Assembly (NCBI GenBank): GCA_037481795.1
Contig: JBBFLA010000013.1
Coordinates: forward strand, 3,902 to 67,901
Source of the DNA: Spirochaetota bacterium
Lineage (GTDB): Bacteria > Spirochaetota > UBA4802 > UB4802
Direction: 5' to 3'
DNA: 64,000 bases
The notes beneath the pieces are model-generated. The model saw nothing but the letters and a program-made list of their open reading frames with translations. It had not been told where the DNA came from and did not search any database. The position numbers and the translations under genes are program-made. Positions 41,051-51,766 of this stretch are shown here, piece after piece; the stretch's first letter is position 1; each line of letters begins with the position of its first letter.

Positions 41051-42157
41051 ATGATTAATATTAATTTTGAAGAGTCAACAAAAAACATAATATCATTGTT
41101 GCAGCAGCAGGATACCATAGCAATTATAATAAAAGGTTCTCCAGATCCTGATGCAATAGCTTCGTCATATTTTTTCTGGAAACTATGTGCCCTGTTACAT
41201 GTTAACGCTACTATATTTGGATTTATGCCTGCTTCCCTGCCATCAAATAAAGAATTTATATCAGTTTTCAATATACCGTTGCGCGTTGTAGCAGATATAA
41301 AAGAAATGAAACTTCATAAGTACACAGGATATATTGTATGCGATTATCAGACAGCTATTCTGGAAGATAATTTTACTACTACGCCCTGTATAATCCATTT
41401 AGACCACCATTCACCAGCGGAACATGATGTTCCTGCACGTTTTCGCATTTTAACTGACAAAGTATCATCAACAAGCACACTCTGTGCATTGTTAATGCAG
41501 CATATATCATTTATATCATTAGAAGATGTTCCCAGTTTAGCAACAGCACTTTATATAGGCATTAAAACGGATTCCGATGGCTTTAAACATGTAGGTGAAT
41601 ATGATTCAATGGCACTGGAATATATTAAGCCTTTTTGCAATATGGCAATAGTTGAACAGATTGAAAATACACCTTTAACTCCGCATGCGTTAGGCCTGTT
41701 ACACAAAGCAATGAATAACGCTATTGTTTATAAAGATTGGCTTATTACTGGGGTTGGATTTGTTGAAGAAAGGTATCGTGATACTATTGCCATAATTGCG
41801 GATTATCTTTTACAAAATAATCCAGTTGAGCTTGTGGTAGTATATGGGGCAGTATATCATAATAATCACACTAGATTGGATATTGACGCATCATTCAGGA
41901 CAAGAAGTGAAAATTTTGATTTGAATGAGCTTATAAAAAATATTACTACTGATGGTGGCGGACGCAAGTACAAAGGCGCATTCCAGGTTCATATTGATTA
42001 TTTTGTACATTGCCCCGATCAGGATAAGTTGTGGGAGATAATAGAAATAACAACAAATCAGATATTAAAAAATCAAAGAGATATCAGCTTGAAAATTGTA
42101 TTGCAGAGTAAATTTAAAAACTTTAAAAATATACTTAAACATTTATTTCGCTTGTAA
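41051..42157 (+). CDS. DHH-family phosphoesterase (NrnA-like nanoRNase/pAp phosphatase)
   Basis: DHH motif IIHLDHH. DHHA1-like GGGRKYKGAF (GGGH-type) at the C-terminus. 368 aa. Confidence 0.7.
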   Translation: MININFEESTKNIISLLQQQDTIAIIIKGSPDPDAIASSYFFWKLCALLHVNATIFGFMPASLPSNKEFISVFNIPLRVVADIKEMKLHKYTGYIVCDYQTAILEDNFTTTPCIIHLDHHSPAEHDVPARFRILTDKVSSTSTLCALLMQHISFISLEDVPSLATALYIGIKTDSDGFKHVGEYDSMALEYIKPFCNMAIVEQIENTPLTPHALGLLHKAMNNAIVYKDWLITGVGFVEERYRDTIAIIADYLLQNNPVELVVVYGAVYHNNHTRLDIDASFRTRSENFDLNELIKNITTDGGGRKYKGAFQVHIDYFVHCPDQDKLWEIIEITTNQILKNQRDISLKIVLQSKFKNFKNILKHLFRL

Positions 42158-42180
42158 CAGTATAAGTACATCCGGTTATA

Positions 42181-45100
42181 TTAAAATAACAGGCTGAATT
42201 GGAAGCCAAGTTCATACGATATAATTTCTCGGTTAACGTCGTTTGTTTCCCTGTTTCTATAGCGTTCCAGTATGCCGCGTGCAATACATGATCCCTGAAC
42301 ATTTTTATGGACGTTTATTGTCAGACTTGATGATACACTATACAGGTCATATGGTTCAGGTGAAGTATAGTAGGTATAGTTATAGCGGTTGAGAGTCATA
42401 AGATATTCTAATCTGAATATAGGTAATGCTGTCAAGGTATACCAGGTGCTGAAGAAATCATAAATAAACGGAACATCCGTTTCATAAATTGTAGAAAATG
42501 TGTATCCTTTATCAATATTTGTAAATGGTGATTGTACCATCATATTATAAAAATAGATATCATCCTTTGCTGAACGCTCATTATCATCAACCGGGATAAA
42601 CTCGTGCCATTTATAGGTACGGTAGCTTATCCCAAATTTTGCAGCAATGCTTGACCTGTCCCATTTAAATGTTGCCCCAATACTGGGCGTGTACTCATCC
42701 TGAAGTATATTGGAAGTAATACGAAGGTATCTATTCCATTGATATTCCAGTAATGCAGTTGCAGAATGGTACGGAAGATCTGGCCTGTTTGGCCTGAAAA
42801 AACCAGTGGAAAATATTTTCATTAAATCACATGATAATGATGAAATAAGAGTATAGGTAACAACCTGCTGGGAAGCAGTATTAACGCCGTTGCGGTCAGA
42901 AACTGAATGTATGCTGCTGTTTAGAAATATAATAAATGGAGATAGTTCCCAGTTGATACTGAATGAAGCATTATCTAAAAGCCTGAAATAATTATTATAG
43001 TCTGAGAATGGTGTTCCATTAACTTCTGGCTGAGATGATACCGTATGGCTTACAAAATCACGCCCTTCTGCGTAATTTGATCTTCCTTTAAAAAAATACC
43101 ATGGTGGGTAGTGAATAATGTTATAGATGGGGTTAGCACATAGATTTAAATAACGGCTTACTCCATATTTTTCTTCATAAAAATTTATAGACTCGCCTTC
43201 ATAGGGGACATTAATCTCATTCAGTGTGCTAGCTCGCGTATAGTTGAATGAACAGCTTTTTATACTGGGAAATATAATGTGGAGATTTACAGGTACAGCA
43301 ATTGTACTGGATAGAAATCCCTGTGTGGAACGGGTTCTATTAAATCCAAGGGTCATCCATGTATCATAGGGTTTAAGGTCTTTAAATTGATTTTCAAAGT
43401 ATGAAAAGTCATAGGTTATAGAAGGGTTTATAAATTTATAACTTTTAAGACCAAAGGAAAGTGAACTTTTTTTTAGACGCTCAATAAATCGGATGCTATC
43501 ACCATATAAAAAAGGGATGTGATATCCTGAACTAATCTCCTGTGATACTACTGGGTTAATATCTGTTACTGTTCCTGAGTAGGTGATAAATTCTTCGGAC
43601 ATAAGTTGTATGGTGGGGGAAATAAAAAAATGAGAGAATTGATAATTAATATTCATTGAACAGGATTCACGCTGTTTTTTTTGTGTGTTTAATCCTGTTA
43701 CCATTGATTGGGTGTTTTCTTTGAATATATCTTCTTTAAAAGAAGTATCAAGAAGTAACCTGTACGAAAAATCTCCGCCCAATACGTCATGTAACGATTG
43801 CTGTACGCCAACTGTTGCCTGATGCGTTATTTTGCTGGTGTCATTATCAAACGTGTTTACATCCTGATAATAGGCTTGCTTGTTGTTGAAGTTTTCATAA
43901 TTATATAGTATGTTGAGCTGAGGGATGGTTGTATCGGGAGGGGATAGGGTTGAGGCAAAATGGAATTGTTTTATACTGGTTATTCCTCTTCTTGATGCGG
44001 TTACCTGCTCATTAAGACTATCGGTTTGTGATTCTTCCTGAATGAAATCAAGCGATGTGTGCCAATACGGAAGCACCTGGCAGGTTACTGTTGCCTGGTT
44101 ATAGTCTTCCGAAATATCTGTATATGGTTGCCCTATCGTATAAAAATTATTCCCGTGCTGTTTTTTTAAATATGATAGAGTAATATCGGAAAGCACTGGA
44201 GTCCCTGCTTGAGTACGAGCAACTGGTTGGGTTATTTTAATAGTACCTTCATACCAGTGAGCGGTATCTTCAAGCGTCATGGGGTCGCTGGCATAGATAT
44301 CGTCAAGCCAGAATTGGCCACTGGTAGAGATATTCTGTACTGAAACGGTGATTGCTATTATTCGTTTAAGGTCAGGATTACCTTCTTTTTTTATGAATTG
44401 AGCATTTGTATTGTTGCATTGTAATGACAGTACAATATCTTCCCAGGTTTGCATAAATTGTGGGTTGTATGAATATTCCAAATAATCATTATCTGAAGAA
44501 TGCAAACGGAATATAAGTGTATCACCAGAAGTATAAGTTCGTATATTAATCCAGCAATGAACATTACGATAGAACCTGAGATCCATTGGTTTATAAAATT
44601 TTCTTTTTATAGTGGCTGAAGTAATAGAAGTATATGTTACATTCAGGGCAGATTCCATAGTCTGGGTAAGTTCTTTTCTGCTTTTGTCTCCATACAGACT
44701 TTTATATACGTCACTTTTAGTGCGTGCAAAAGACTCCTGAGCATAATCTGAATCATTAAATGAATCAATAAGGGTAAGCTTTACTTTGTCGGTATCACTA
44801 CCACTTGTACCGTTAATACTATCCACCTGCCAGTGCATCGTAACAAAGCGAATGGTATCAATAAGTATTGTGCCAGTTGTTGCAGTATTTCTGTTTAGTA
44901 TTAGTCTAATGGCATATATTTTTTTCAATATATCCTCAAATGCATCTGGCAATGTGGTATACAAAGCCGGGTCAGTTTTATTAATATATATGCGGGCAAT
45001 TTGCCATGTGGTATTGGTACAATCCACAGTGATTGGGGCTGTTAATCCGGGTATGCGTATATACTGTTCGCCGGTATCCAGTATGCCATTGTCATTTAAA

Positions 45101-47811
45101 TCCTCAGTATTGAGTACTCCATCTCCAATGGTTGTGGCTGACAAACCTGGACCTGCTCCTACCGTTGTTGGGAAAAAAGGATTATAGAAAGTATATCCTG
45201 TATCTTCAGAAATGTTCTTATTGGTATCATAATCCAAAAATCCGTTACGGTTACTATCTTCAGTATCAAGAATACCGTCACCATCACTGTCTTCGTTTAG
45301 GGAACCTATATCTAAGTACATATCTACAGTTCCTGTACCACCAGTACTTCGGTACCATATCTCGACATATTCTAAATTAGATAAATCAGATGGTTTTTGT
45401 GATAGTGTACGGGTAACAATAGATATATATTGGCCACTTGAAAAATCAAAGTTTAAGCCTAAAGAACGCTGGGATTGTTCACTCTGAAGTGATGGTGCAA
45501 TGTGGCCAGTAGCAACATTGTAAGGGCCGGGCTTTTTAGAATATGGCACATCAGTGGGGGTAAAGTCTAAGCCGTAGAGGGTTTCAGGATTATTAGTATC
45601 GCGATAAAATTTGTAATAAATTCTGGCGCGCTCATTTTGTGGCAGGCTGTCAGGTAACGAACCCAGTACCCAGTCTTTTTCGGACATTGAAAGTGTTATT
45701 CCTGAATAGATGGACTCAAAGTCATCAATTAATCCTTTACCAAAGGTATTAATGCTATGATAGCTTTTTGCGTACTCTGCATAGCCTTTGAACTGTACCG
45801 GTATGGAAATAGCGGATTGTGTTATTTTTGAGGCAAATGCTGATATATCATGGGGGCTCACTTCAACGGAACTATCGGCTTCTAAAACGGTTGTTTGTGT
45901 TGGTTCATTGCCTAACAGGGGAACAGTAGATGCCATGCCCTGGGTTGTATACAGAATAGTCCCACCAAGATTAATATTTTTATTCAGAGCATAATCAGCG
46001 CGCATACCACCAATAAATTGTTGCGCCTGTCCTTCAAAGGGAAGATACTGATAGCTTATTTCAATATCAGTTTCGGGGGTGATTACAGGGTTCCCTGGAT
46101 TGGTAAACTGAAAAAAACCCGATGTGGGGTCAACACTGTACAGGCTTTCAGCAATCTGTATGCCATTAATCTTAACCCGTATGGTGTCAGGGATGATATT
46201 GACATGTTTCAACTGAAAGCCCCGTGACTGACTGTAGCCAGCGATGCCAATCTTATACTGAGATACGGTGTAGGCCTGCGTTTGTGATTCAGTGTAGATA
46301 ATTTTTTGCGATTGAGCAGGCAAAAGCTGTTTAAATGGTTCACGAAGCTTGAATGTAATTTGGCCCGTGTTATAATTAATAGTAAAATTTCCTAATTTTT
46401 CTATATCAGTTCTGGACATTGGGAAAAGATTGTTAAAAAAAGATATCTTAACGTCATCGGCACGAATGTTTTGTAGCCCCGTATTATATATCCCGCGAAT
46501 TTCATATATATCTATATTTAATACGCCATCATTGTTGGTATCTTCACCTGAGTCAAGGCTGCCATCATAATCTGCATCTTCATGGAGAAGTGGACCATAT
46601 TTTATAAATACACATATTTTACCGGGAAATTGCGGATGATTGGTAATAGCAGAGGGGTCGGAAGTCTGCATAGTTCCCCCGTTTCGCGTATAAACGGCAA
46701 AGAGCTTTGCCTGGGGCTTAAAAGCTTTTAGTAGGGCGATAGTTCCTGTTGAAAAGTTTATGGTATAATCGGTGCCCTGCTGTAATTTTCTGAAATATCC
46801 CAGAATAATAGAAGGATTATCCCTATAAAGTTCCAGTAATCCGCTTGTATTATGTGTAATAGCATCATCTGCATACAGCTCAAAACCCACACTATCGATA
46901 CCAACAGGATAGGGTGTGTAGGTTGATGGATTGACAGGCGCTGATGTCCATGTTATGGTTGTATATATGTTTGCTGGGGGAGTATCAAGATTGTCATAGC
47001 GTTTGAATGGTTCCAGCTGAAAGTAGGTGGCTTTTGTATACTGATATTCCTGCAATGTAATGCTTGTACTGGAATAGTTGCCCTTGAAACGTTCTACTTC
47101 ACTGACGCCTTTTGCTACAGAACCAAACGCTTTTACCTGTAAATTGCCCTTTTTAATGGTAAAATCTATACCCATGCCTTTGGATGTTGTGTCATCATAT
47201 ACTGCGTATTTTGAATTATTAACTTTTATGGTTATATCACCTGCATTTATTTCACGCAATACTTCATCCTGATTAACTGCCCTGTACTGCATAATATAGG
47301 TGTTGGTTCGCTGCTGGCTATCATGGTCAATGTATAGGGTAAGACGCTTGCCGGCTTTGCCTTCAATATGGAGTTGCATGTTTTGTTCAGGTGTGAACCC
47401 GGATTGAATTAATGCGGATGTGGGTTTGTCTTCATCAAATCGTTTGTACTTATTGCTGGTAAAAACTGACTTTCCATATCGTACATTGAGATTCATTGAA
47501 CCATAGGACAGAATGTCGTAGGCTTCTTCTTCAGTTAGTGGTTCGGCTCCTAAAATAGCAAATGTATAACGGGGCTCTATGATGTATTTTGTCCAGTCTC
47601 CCTGATTATAATCAAATGGCGATTGTGCCTGGGATTCTATTACCGGCAAAGCAGGTGTTTTTGTTTGTATTTTTTCTTCTGAAATTTTATATGAATTTAT
47701 ATAATCATTAATGCGCTGGTGAAATGGACGAGATAATTGCTGGGAGATGACTATAGCAGTAGCTGATGACAGCAATAAACCAATAACAATGATATTGGAC
47801 AAAGATTTCAT
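42181..47811 (-). CDS. giant secreted protein (1876 aa) with calcium-binding Asp-rich (thrombospondin-type-3-like) repeats and C-terminal outer-membrane beta-barrel signature; possibly SprA-like
   Basis: Signal peptide MKSLSNIIVIGLLLSSATAIV. DxDxDGxxD motifs (DADYDGSLDSGEDTNNDGVLN, DSDGDGILDTEDSNRNGFLDYD, DGVLNTEDLNDNGILDTGEQY). The C-terminal ~600 aa has alternating aromatic/hydrophilic character and ends ...LGFQFSLLF (terminal Phe). Confidence 0.7.
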   Translation of the reverse strand: MKSLSNIIVIGLLLSSATAIVISQQLSRPFHQRINDYINSYKISEEKIQTKTPALPVIESQAQSPFDYNQGDWTKYIIEPRYTFAILGAEPLTEEEAYDILSYGSMNLNVRYGKSVFTSNKYKRFDEDKPTSALIQSGFTPEQNMQLHIEGKAGKRLTLYIDHDSQQRTNTYIMQYRAVNQDEVLREINAGDITIKVNNSKYAVYDDTTSKGMGIDFTIKKGNLQVKAFGSVAKGVSEVERFKGNYSSTSITLQEYQYTKATYFQLEPFKRYDNLDTPPANIYTTITWTSAPVNPSTYTPYPVGIDSVGFELYADDAITHNTSGLLELYRDNPSIILGYFRKLQQGTDYTINFSTGTIALLKAFKPQAKLFAVYTRNGGTMQTSDPSAITNHPQFPGKICVFIKYGPLLHEDADYDGSLDSGEDTNNDGVLNIDIYEIRGIYNTGLQNIRADDVKISFFNNLFPMSRTDIEKLGNFTINYNTGQITFKLREPFKQLLPAQSQKIIYTESQTQAYTVSQYKIGIAGYSQSRGFQLKHVNIIPDTIRVKINGIQIAESLYSVDPTSGFFQFTNPGNPVITPETDIEISYQYLPFEGQAQQFIGGMRADYALNKNINLGGTILYTTQGMASTVPLLGNEPTQTTVLEADSSVEVSPHDISAFASKITQSAISIPVQFKGYAEYAKSYHSINTFGKGLIDDFESIYSGITLSMSEKDWVLGSLPDSLPQNERARIYYKFYRDTNNPETLYGLDFTPTDVPYSKKPGPYNVATGHIAPSLQSEQSQRSLGLNFDFSSGQYISIVTRTLSQKPSDLSNLEYVEIWYRSTGGTGTVDMYLDIGSLNEDSDGDGILDTEDSNRNGFLDYDTNKNISEDTGYTFYNPFFPTTVGAGPGLSATTIGDGVLNTEDLNDNGILDTGEQYIRIPGLTAPITVDCTNTTWQIARIYINKTDPALYTTLPDAFEDILKKIYAIRLILNRNTATTGTILIDTIRFVTMHWQVDSINGTSGSDTDKVKLTLIDSFNDSDYAQESFARTKSDVYKSLYGDKSRKELTQTMESALNVTYTSITSATIKRKFYKPMDLRFYRNVHCWINIRTYTSGDTLIFRLHSSDNDYLEYSYNPQFMQTWEDIVLSLQCNNTNAQFIKKEGNPDLKRIIAITVSVQNISTSGQFWLDDIYASDPMTLEDTAHWYEGTIKITQPVARTQAGTPVLSDITLSYLKKQHGNNFYTIGQPYTDISEDYNQATVTCQVLPYWHTSLDFIQEESQTDSLNEQVTASRRGITSIKQFHFASTLSPPDTTIPQLNILYNYENFNNKQAYYQDVNTFDNDTSKITHQATVGVQQSLHDVLGGDFSYRLLLDTSFKEDIFKENTQSMVTGLNTQKKQRESCSMNINYQFSHFFISPTIQLMSEEFITYSGTVTDINPVVSQEISSGYHIPFLYGDSIRFIERLKKSSLSFGLKSYKFINPSITYDFSYFENQFKDLKPYDTWMTLGFNRTRSTQGFLSSTIAVPVNLHIIFPSIKSCSFNYTRASTLNEINVPYEGESINFYEEKYGVSRYLNLCANPIYNIIHYPPWYFFKGRSNYAEGRDFVSHTVSSQPEVNGTPFSDYNNYFRLLDNASFSINWELSPFIIFLNSSIHSVSDRNGVNTASQQVVTYTLISSLSCDLMKIFSTGFFRPNRPDLPYHSATALLEYQWNRYLRITSNILQDEYTPSIGATFKWDRSSIAAKFGISYRTYKWHEFIPVDDNERSAKDDIYFYNMMVQSPFTNIDKGYTFSTIYETDVPFIYDFFSTWYTLTALPIFRLEYLMTLNRYNYTYYTSPEPYDLYSVSSSLTINVHKNVQGSCIARGILERYRNRETNDVNREIISYELGFQFSLLF

Positions 47812-47854
47812 GTGTTATAATTACAAGCATGTATAGAACAAGGAAATAAAAATA

Positions 47855-48868
47855 TTACCACATCTTGCTCATATACGGGTAAGGATTTATTGGTACTCCG
47901 CCCAAACGTATTTCATAGTGGCAGTGGCTGCCCGTTGCAGAACCGGTTTGGCCAACATAGGCAACAACCTGTCCTTTCTGCACATTCTGCCCAGGGAATA
48001 CTATTACTTTGGAACAGTGCCCATAGATTGTTTCATAGCCGTATTTATGTTTAATTCTGACCATAAATCCATAACCGCCACCCCAGGAAGATGATATTAC
48101 TACTCCCGGAGCTGTGGCACGTATTTCAGTGCCCTGAGGTGCTGCAATATCAATGCCAGAATGAAAATCCCTTCCAAAACCAAATGGGGAACGGCGCCAT
48201 CCAAAAAGGGAAGTGATGTGTCCGGGATTGGGAATTATTGATGGAGTGTCATAAATAACTTTATTACGTACATCAATGAAATTCTTTATTGTTTTTACAG
48301 TATTTGTTGTACAGACGAGATCCTTTTGCAATACACGCAACGTTTTAATCTCTGAGGGTAAAATTGCCGAATATTGACGCATTGAGGAGTCTTCCACAGA
48401 AATTATGGATGATTCCCAGATTGTCTGGGTATTGTTGTTATTGGTAGCCAATTCATATAGGTCTTCAATATCAGGTTTTATGTCATCTAATTCTTTATCA
48501 AGCTCATTGGTCAGCTGCTCAAACCGTAAAAGCTGTGAACGAATATCTTTGTAGTTTGACAGTAAACGTTCTTCTTCACGTTTTACCGCAGCATTTTTTA
48601 TGATTGCATAAGCTGAAGTAACGATAACTATCATCATTAAGGAACTGAAAAAAAGTATGGTGAAACGAGATATCTGAAAATTAAATATTTTCTGTTCATT
48701 GTGGGGGATGAACATTATGGTCATTTTTTCGTGGCCATGTTCAAGAAATTTATCCCACTTTTTAGACCATTGTTTCTTTTTCAGATAATATTTTTCTTTG
48801 AGCTGCCGCTCAATATCGCTCTTTAGTATTTTTAGCTTTACTTTCATGATTCCTTTAATAAACAGCAC
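47855..48868 (-). CDS. M23 (LytM-type) peptidoglycan metalloendopeptidase with N-terminal TM and coiled coil (EnvC-like)
   Basis: HSGIDIAAPQGTEI (HxxxD) and GSHCHYE (HxH) M23 motifs. TM helix FTILFFSSLMMIVIVTSAYAI. It lies 44 bp upstream of the giant protein gene. Confidence 0.8.
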   Translation of the reverse strand: MLFIKGIMKVKLKILKSDIERQLKEKYYLKKKQWSKKWDKFLEHGHEKMTIMFIPHNEQKIFNFQISRFTILFFSSLMMIVIVTSAYAIIKNAAVKREEERLLSNYKDIRSQLLRFEQLTNELDKELDDIKPDIEDLYELATNNNNTQTIWESSIISVEDSSMRQYSAILPSEIKTLRVLQKDLVCTTNTVKTIKNFIDVRNKVIYDTPSIIPNPGHITSLFGWRRSPFGFGRDFHSGIDIAAPQGTEIRATAPGVVISSSWGGGYGFMVRIKHKYGYETIYGHCSKVIVFPGQNVQKGQVVAYVGQTGSATGSHCHYEIRLGGVPINPYPYMSKMW

Positions 48869-49024
48869 TTTTTATTAAGTGATTCAGGGCAATGGTTAAA
48901 AATATACAATAAATTGCAATAAAAAATAAAATATGCTATCATTGTATTATATCGTATGATAAGCCTGATTAATGCAAGTTTTTTTTATACACTGTATGAA
49001 GGATAACAGGATTTAGGACAATAT

Positions 49025-49375
49025 ATGGGATGTAAACGGTGTGGAACATGCTGTAATGATATTAGGCTAGCTGAGTCGCCTGATATGTTAAAGAAAGCAT
49101 ATGAATACTGGCTAAAAATGCCTTCAGTTGACCCTAAATTTTCTGAGATATATCTTATTTATCCCATGTTGACGTTTATCTATGAAAACAAGTCTGAGGA
49201 TTTGCCTTACCATTATTCTTGCAAACATTTTACACGTGATAGCAATGGCCTGGGTGTCTGTAGCATTTATGAAATAAGGCCACGGATGTGCAGGGATTTT
49301 CCATATTATGAAGGAGTTGAACTTGCTTATGAAGACAAAGTAAGCCCGTATGATGGATGTGGGTATAATGAATAA
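49025..49375 (+). CDS. YkgJ/UPF0153-family cysteine-cluster protein
   Basis: N-terminal MGCKRCGTCCND is a CxxCxxCC motif. C-terminal CRDFPYYE. 116 aa. Directly upstream of the hydrogenase cluster. Confidence 0.6.
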   Translation: MGCKRCGTCCNDIRLAESPDMLKKAYEYWLKMPSVDPKFSEIYLIYPMLTFIYENKSEDLPYHYSCKHFTRDSNGLGVCSIYEIRPRMCRDFPYYEGVELAYEDKVSPYDGCGYNE

Positions 49376-49456
49376 TGGTAAAATAATTATGAAAAATGCT
49401 TGTATTATTAACAAATTAATATAGGATTTGGTACAGTAGTTTGGCAGAGTTTCATA

Positions 49457-50002
49457 ATGATATCTGATGATAAAAAAAATACGTTTCTTGCAATCTTATT
49501 TTATACGATGATTGCAGCATATTCCTACCTTGTATTGACTATAGGTTCTGGCAATGATATTCTTTTCTGGTCGTATGAAGAGTTTATTTTTGGCACTGTA
49601 ATCAGTATTATACTGGCATCTGTAACCTACTGGCTTATACCAATAAAGATTACCGGTAAATTGCTAAATCCATTCTTTTATCTTGGGTTAATCCTATACT
49701 TTGCAGGGCCTTTTTTCGTAGCGCTGCTCATAGCTAATATTGAAGTGATGTACCGGATTATCACCGGGAAAATTAAGCCTGCCATTGTAAAAGTTGATCC
49801 TGAAATTCAGGATGAAATGGGAGTATATTTACTGGTGAATTCGATTACCCTATCCCCTGGCACATTAACGATAGGTGTTGATCCTGAAAAAAGAAAATTA
49901 TTCATTCATTGTTTGTACTGGACTAAAAGCAAAGAATATATAGCTGTGCCAAAGGATGTTGCAGGCTTTTTACACTATTTTTTAAAAAAGCTTTTCAGGT
50001 AA
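49457..50002 (+). CDS. Mrp/Mbh module subunit, MrpE/MbhA-like
   Basis: NSITLSPGTLTIGVD is the MnhE signature. Hydrophobic N-terminal half. Confidence 0.65.
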   Translation: MISDDKKNTFLAILFYTMIAAYSYLVLTIGSGNDILFWSYEEFIFGTVISIILASVTYWLIPIKITGKLLNPFFYLGLILYFAGPFFVALLIANIEVMYRIITGKIKPAIVKVDPEIQDEMGVYLLVNSITLSPGTLTIGVDPEKRKLFIHCLYWTKSKEYIAVPKDVAGFLHYFLKKLFR

Positions 50003-50014
50003 GCAAGTACGCAC

Positions 50015-50284
50015 ATGTATGATTTCAATTCAATATTCCTGTTATCTGCGCTGTTATGCATAGTGTATGTATGTATCATTGTGATCCGGATTGCATTCAG
50101 CCATAATGTGCCCGAACGAATAGTGGCCCTGGATACCATTAACACATTAATAATTGTTATCATGATTGTACTGGGTGCAGCTCAGAAAAAAGCCTTATAT
50201 ATTGATATTGGAATTGTGTATGGGATTATCTCGTTTATTGGGACATTATATATTGCCCGCTACCTTATAGATGAGAGGAAATAA
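50015..50284 (+). CDS. MrpF/MbhB-like small membrane subunit
   Basis: 89 aa, three TM helices, position in the mrp order. Confidence 0.55.
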   Translation: MYDFNSIFLLSALLCIVYVCIIVIRIAFSHNVPERIVALDTINTLIIVIMIVLGAAQKKALYIDIGIVYGIISFIGTLYIARYLIDERK

Positions 50285-50692
50285 GTGGATACTTTTATTG
50301 TGTCTTGCCTTGTTATTGGTTTGGTTGTCAATGGTATGAGTATTATTGGGCTCATGCGGTTTCCTGATATATATACCCGTTTGCATGCAGCCACAAAAAC
50401 AACCACGTTTGGCAGTATCTTTGTTGTTTTGGCGATAGTTATTAAAAATATAGTCTACTATGACCAGGCAAGTCTCACAATTGCCATTCATAGTATTGTT
50501 GCATTACTGGTTATTATCTTTACCAATCCAATCAGTGCTCACGCAATAGCACGAGCATCATTGCTATCAGGCATTAAACCGTTTGGTGTTGTTATAAATG
50601 AATTTGATTATAAATCGCAGATTAAGTCTGCAGATGAGCTGGAACTTGAAAAGGTAAGTGAAGGAATTCCTGATGAGGATGGTGTGCTATGA
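50285..50692 (+). CDS. MrpG/MbhC-like membrane subunit
   Basis: VNGMSIIGLMRFPDIYTRLHAATKTTTFG matches the MnhG signature. GTG start abuts the upstream stop. Confidence 0.65.
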   Translation: MDTFIVSCLVIGLVVNGMSIIGLMRFPDIYTRLHAATKTTTFGSIFVVLAIVIKNIVYYDQASLTIAIHSIVALLVIIFTNPISAHAIARASLLSGIKPFGVVINEFDYKSQIKSADELELEKVSEGIPDEDGVL

Positions 50693-50931
50693 TGTATTAC
50701 TTTTTTCTGGTTATTTCAATTGCCCTGGTAATCACAGCACTGCTCTCTATCTATTTTAGAGATCTTCTGGCAGCAATCGTAAGCTATTCGGTTTTTTCAT
50801 TGGTTTTGACAGTACTGTATTTTCTTTTAGATGCACCTGATGTTGCTATTGCAGAAGCTGGTATTGGAGCGGCACTCACTACCTGTATTTTTGTTATTGC
50901 CATCAGAATGACACGGAGAAGGGAAGAATGA
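50689..50931 (+). CDS. MbhD-like small membrane subunit
   Basis: 80 aa, three TM helices. 4-nt overlaps with both neighbours. Confidence 0.5.
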   Translation: MMYYFFLVISIALVITALLSIYFRDLLAAIVSYSVFSLVLTVLYFLLDAPDVAIAEAGIGAALTTCIFVIAIRMTRRREE

Positions 50932-51761
50932 GGTTATTCAGCGTTGTAGCAATTGTAATACTATTTGGGTTTCTTTTTGTTGGGATTTTGCATCTACATC
51001 CAGTTGGAGAAGCTTTAGGCAATTCGGAGGTATTACAGGGAAGGCCAGAACAGGGTATTGATATTAATGGTGTTAGCACCATGGACGATTACTTTTTGCG
51101 CAATGGTCAGATTGAAACAAAGTCAAATAACATTGTAGCAAGTGTGGTATTTGATTACCGTGGTTTTGACACATTAGGGGAGGCTACCGTATTATTTATT
51201 GTAGTAAGCAGTATTTCAATGCTTTTCTTTACATTTTTGAAAAGTAAAAGTATTGTTTCAGCGGGTGTTCCTCCTGCAGGTCAATTTCCAAAAATTGAGT
51301 CAAGGGTCATTTCATTTGGATCTTTTATCATGTATATCATGATATTAAGCTTTGGGGTTTATCTGGTGGTTCATGGCCATATCTCACCGGGAGGAGGTTT
51401 TCAGGGTGGCTCTGTTATGGCTTCGGCAACAGCACTTTTACTCATCAGCTTTTTAATCACCCGCCATATGCAACGGACACGTAAAATTTTCTCTTTCTTT
51501 GAATCAATGGGATTAACCATTTTTATTGGATTGGGATTTGCAGGAATCACAATTTCGTTTTTATATAATTTTCTTGCTCACACCAGTAGTGGATTTGGCA
51601 GGATAATTGCTTTTGGGCCAAATCAGGGCTATTTAATATCAGCTGGTATATTACCGTTATTATCACTGGCTGTAGGTATTGAAGTATTTTTTGGGTTAAG
51701 CCTTATCGTTGTAACATTATTTCATGCATCAGGGGTAAAAGATACTAATTCATTACGGTAA
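50928..51761 (+). CDS. MrpB/MbhE-F-like membrane subunit
   Basis: 277 aa polytopic membrane protein. Position and size match the MnhB-domain subunits of Mbh complexes. Confidence 0.55.
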   Translation: MRLFSVVAIVILFGFLFVGILHLHPVGEALGNSEVLQGRPEQGIDINGVSTMDDYFLRNGQIETKSNNIVASVVFDYRGFDTLGEATVLFIVVSSISMLFFTFLKSKSIVSAGVPPAGQFPKIESRVISFGSFIMYIMILSFGVYLVVHGHISPGGGFQGGSVMASATALLLISFLITRHMQRTRKIFSFFESMGLTIFIGLGFAGITISFLYNFLAHTSSGFGRIIAFGPNQGYLISAGILPLLSLAVGIEVFFGLSLIVVTLFHASGVKDTNSLR

Positions 51762-51766
51762 ACATT

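Noticed and set aside
42181-47811. Giant protein as an Rhs/polymorphic toxin or RTX adhesin
   Set aside because: No YD/Rhs repeats and no GGxGxD RTX nonapeptides. The C-terminal aromatic-terminated amphipathic region fits an outer-membrane barrel better.
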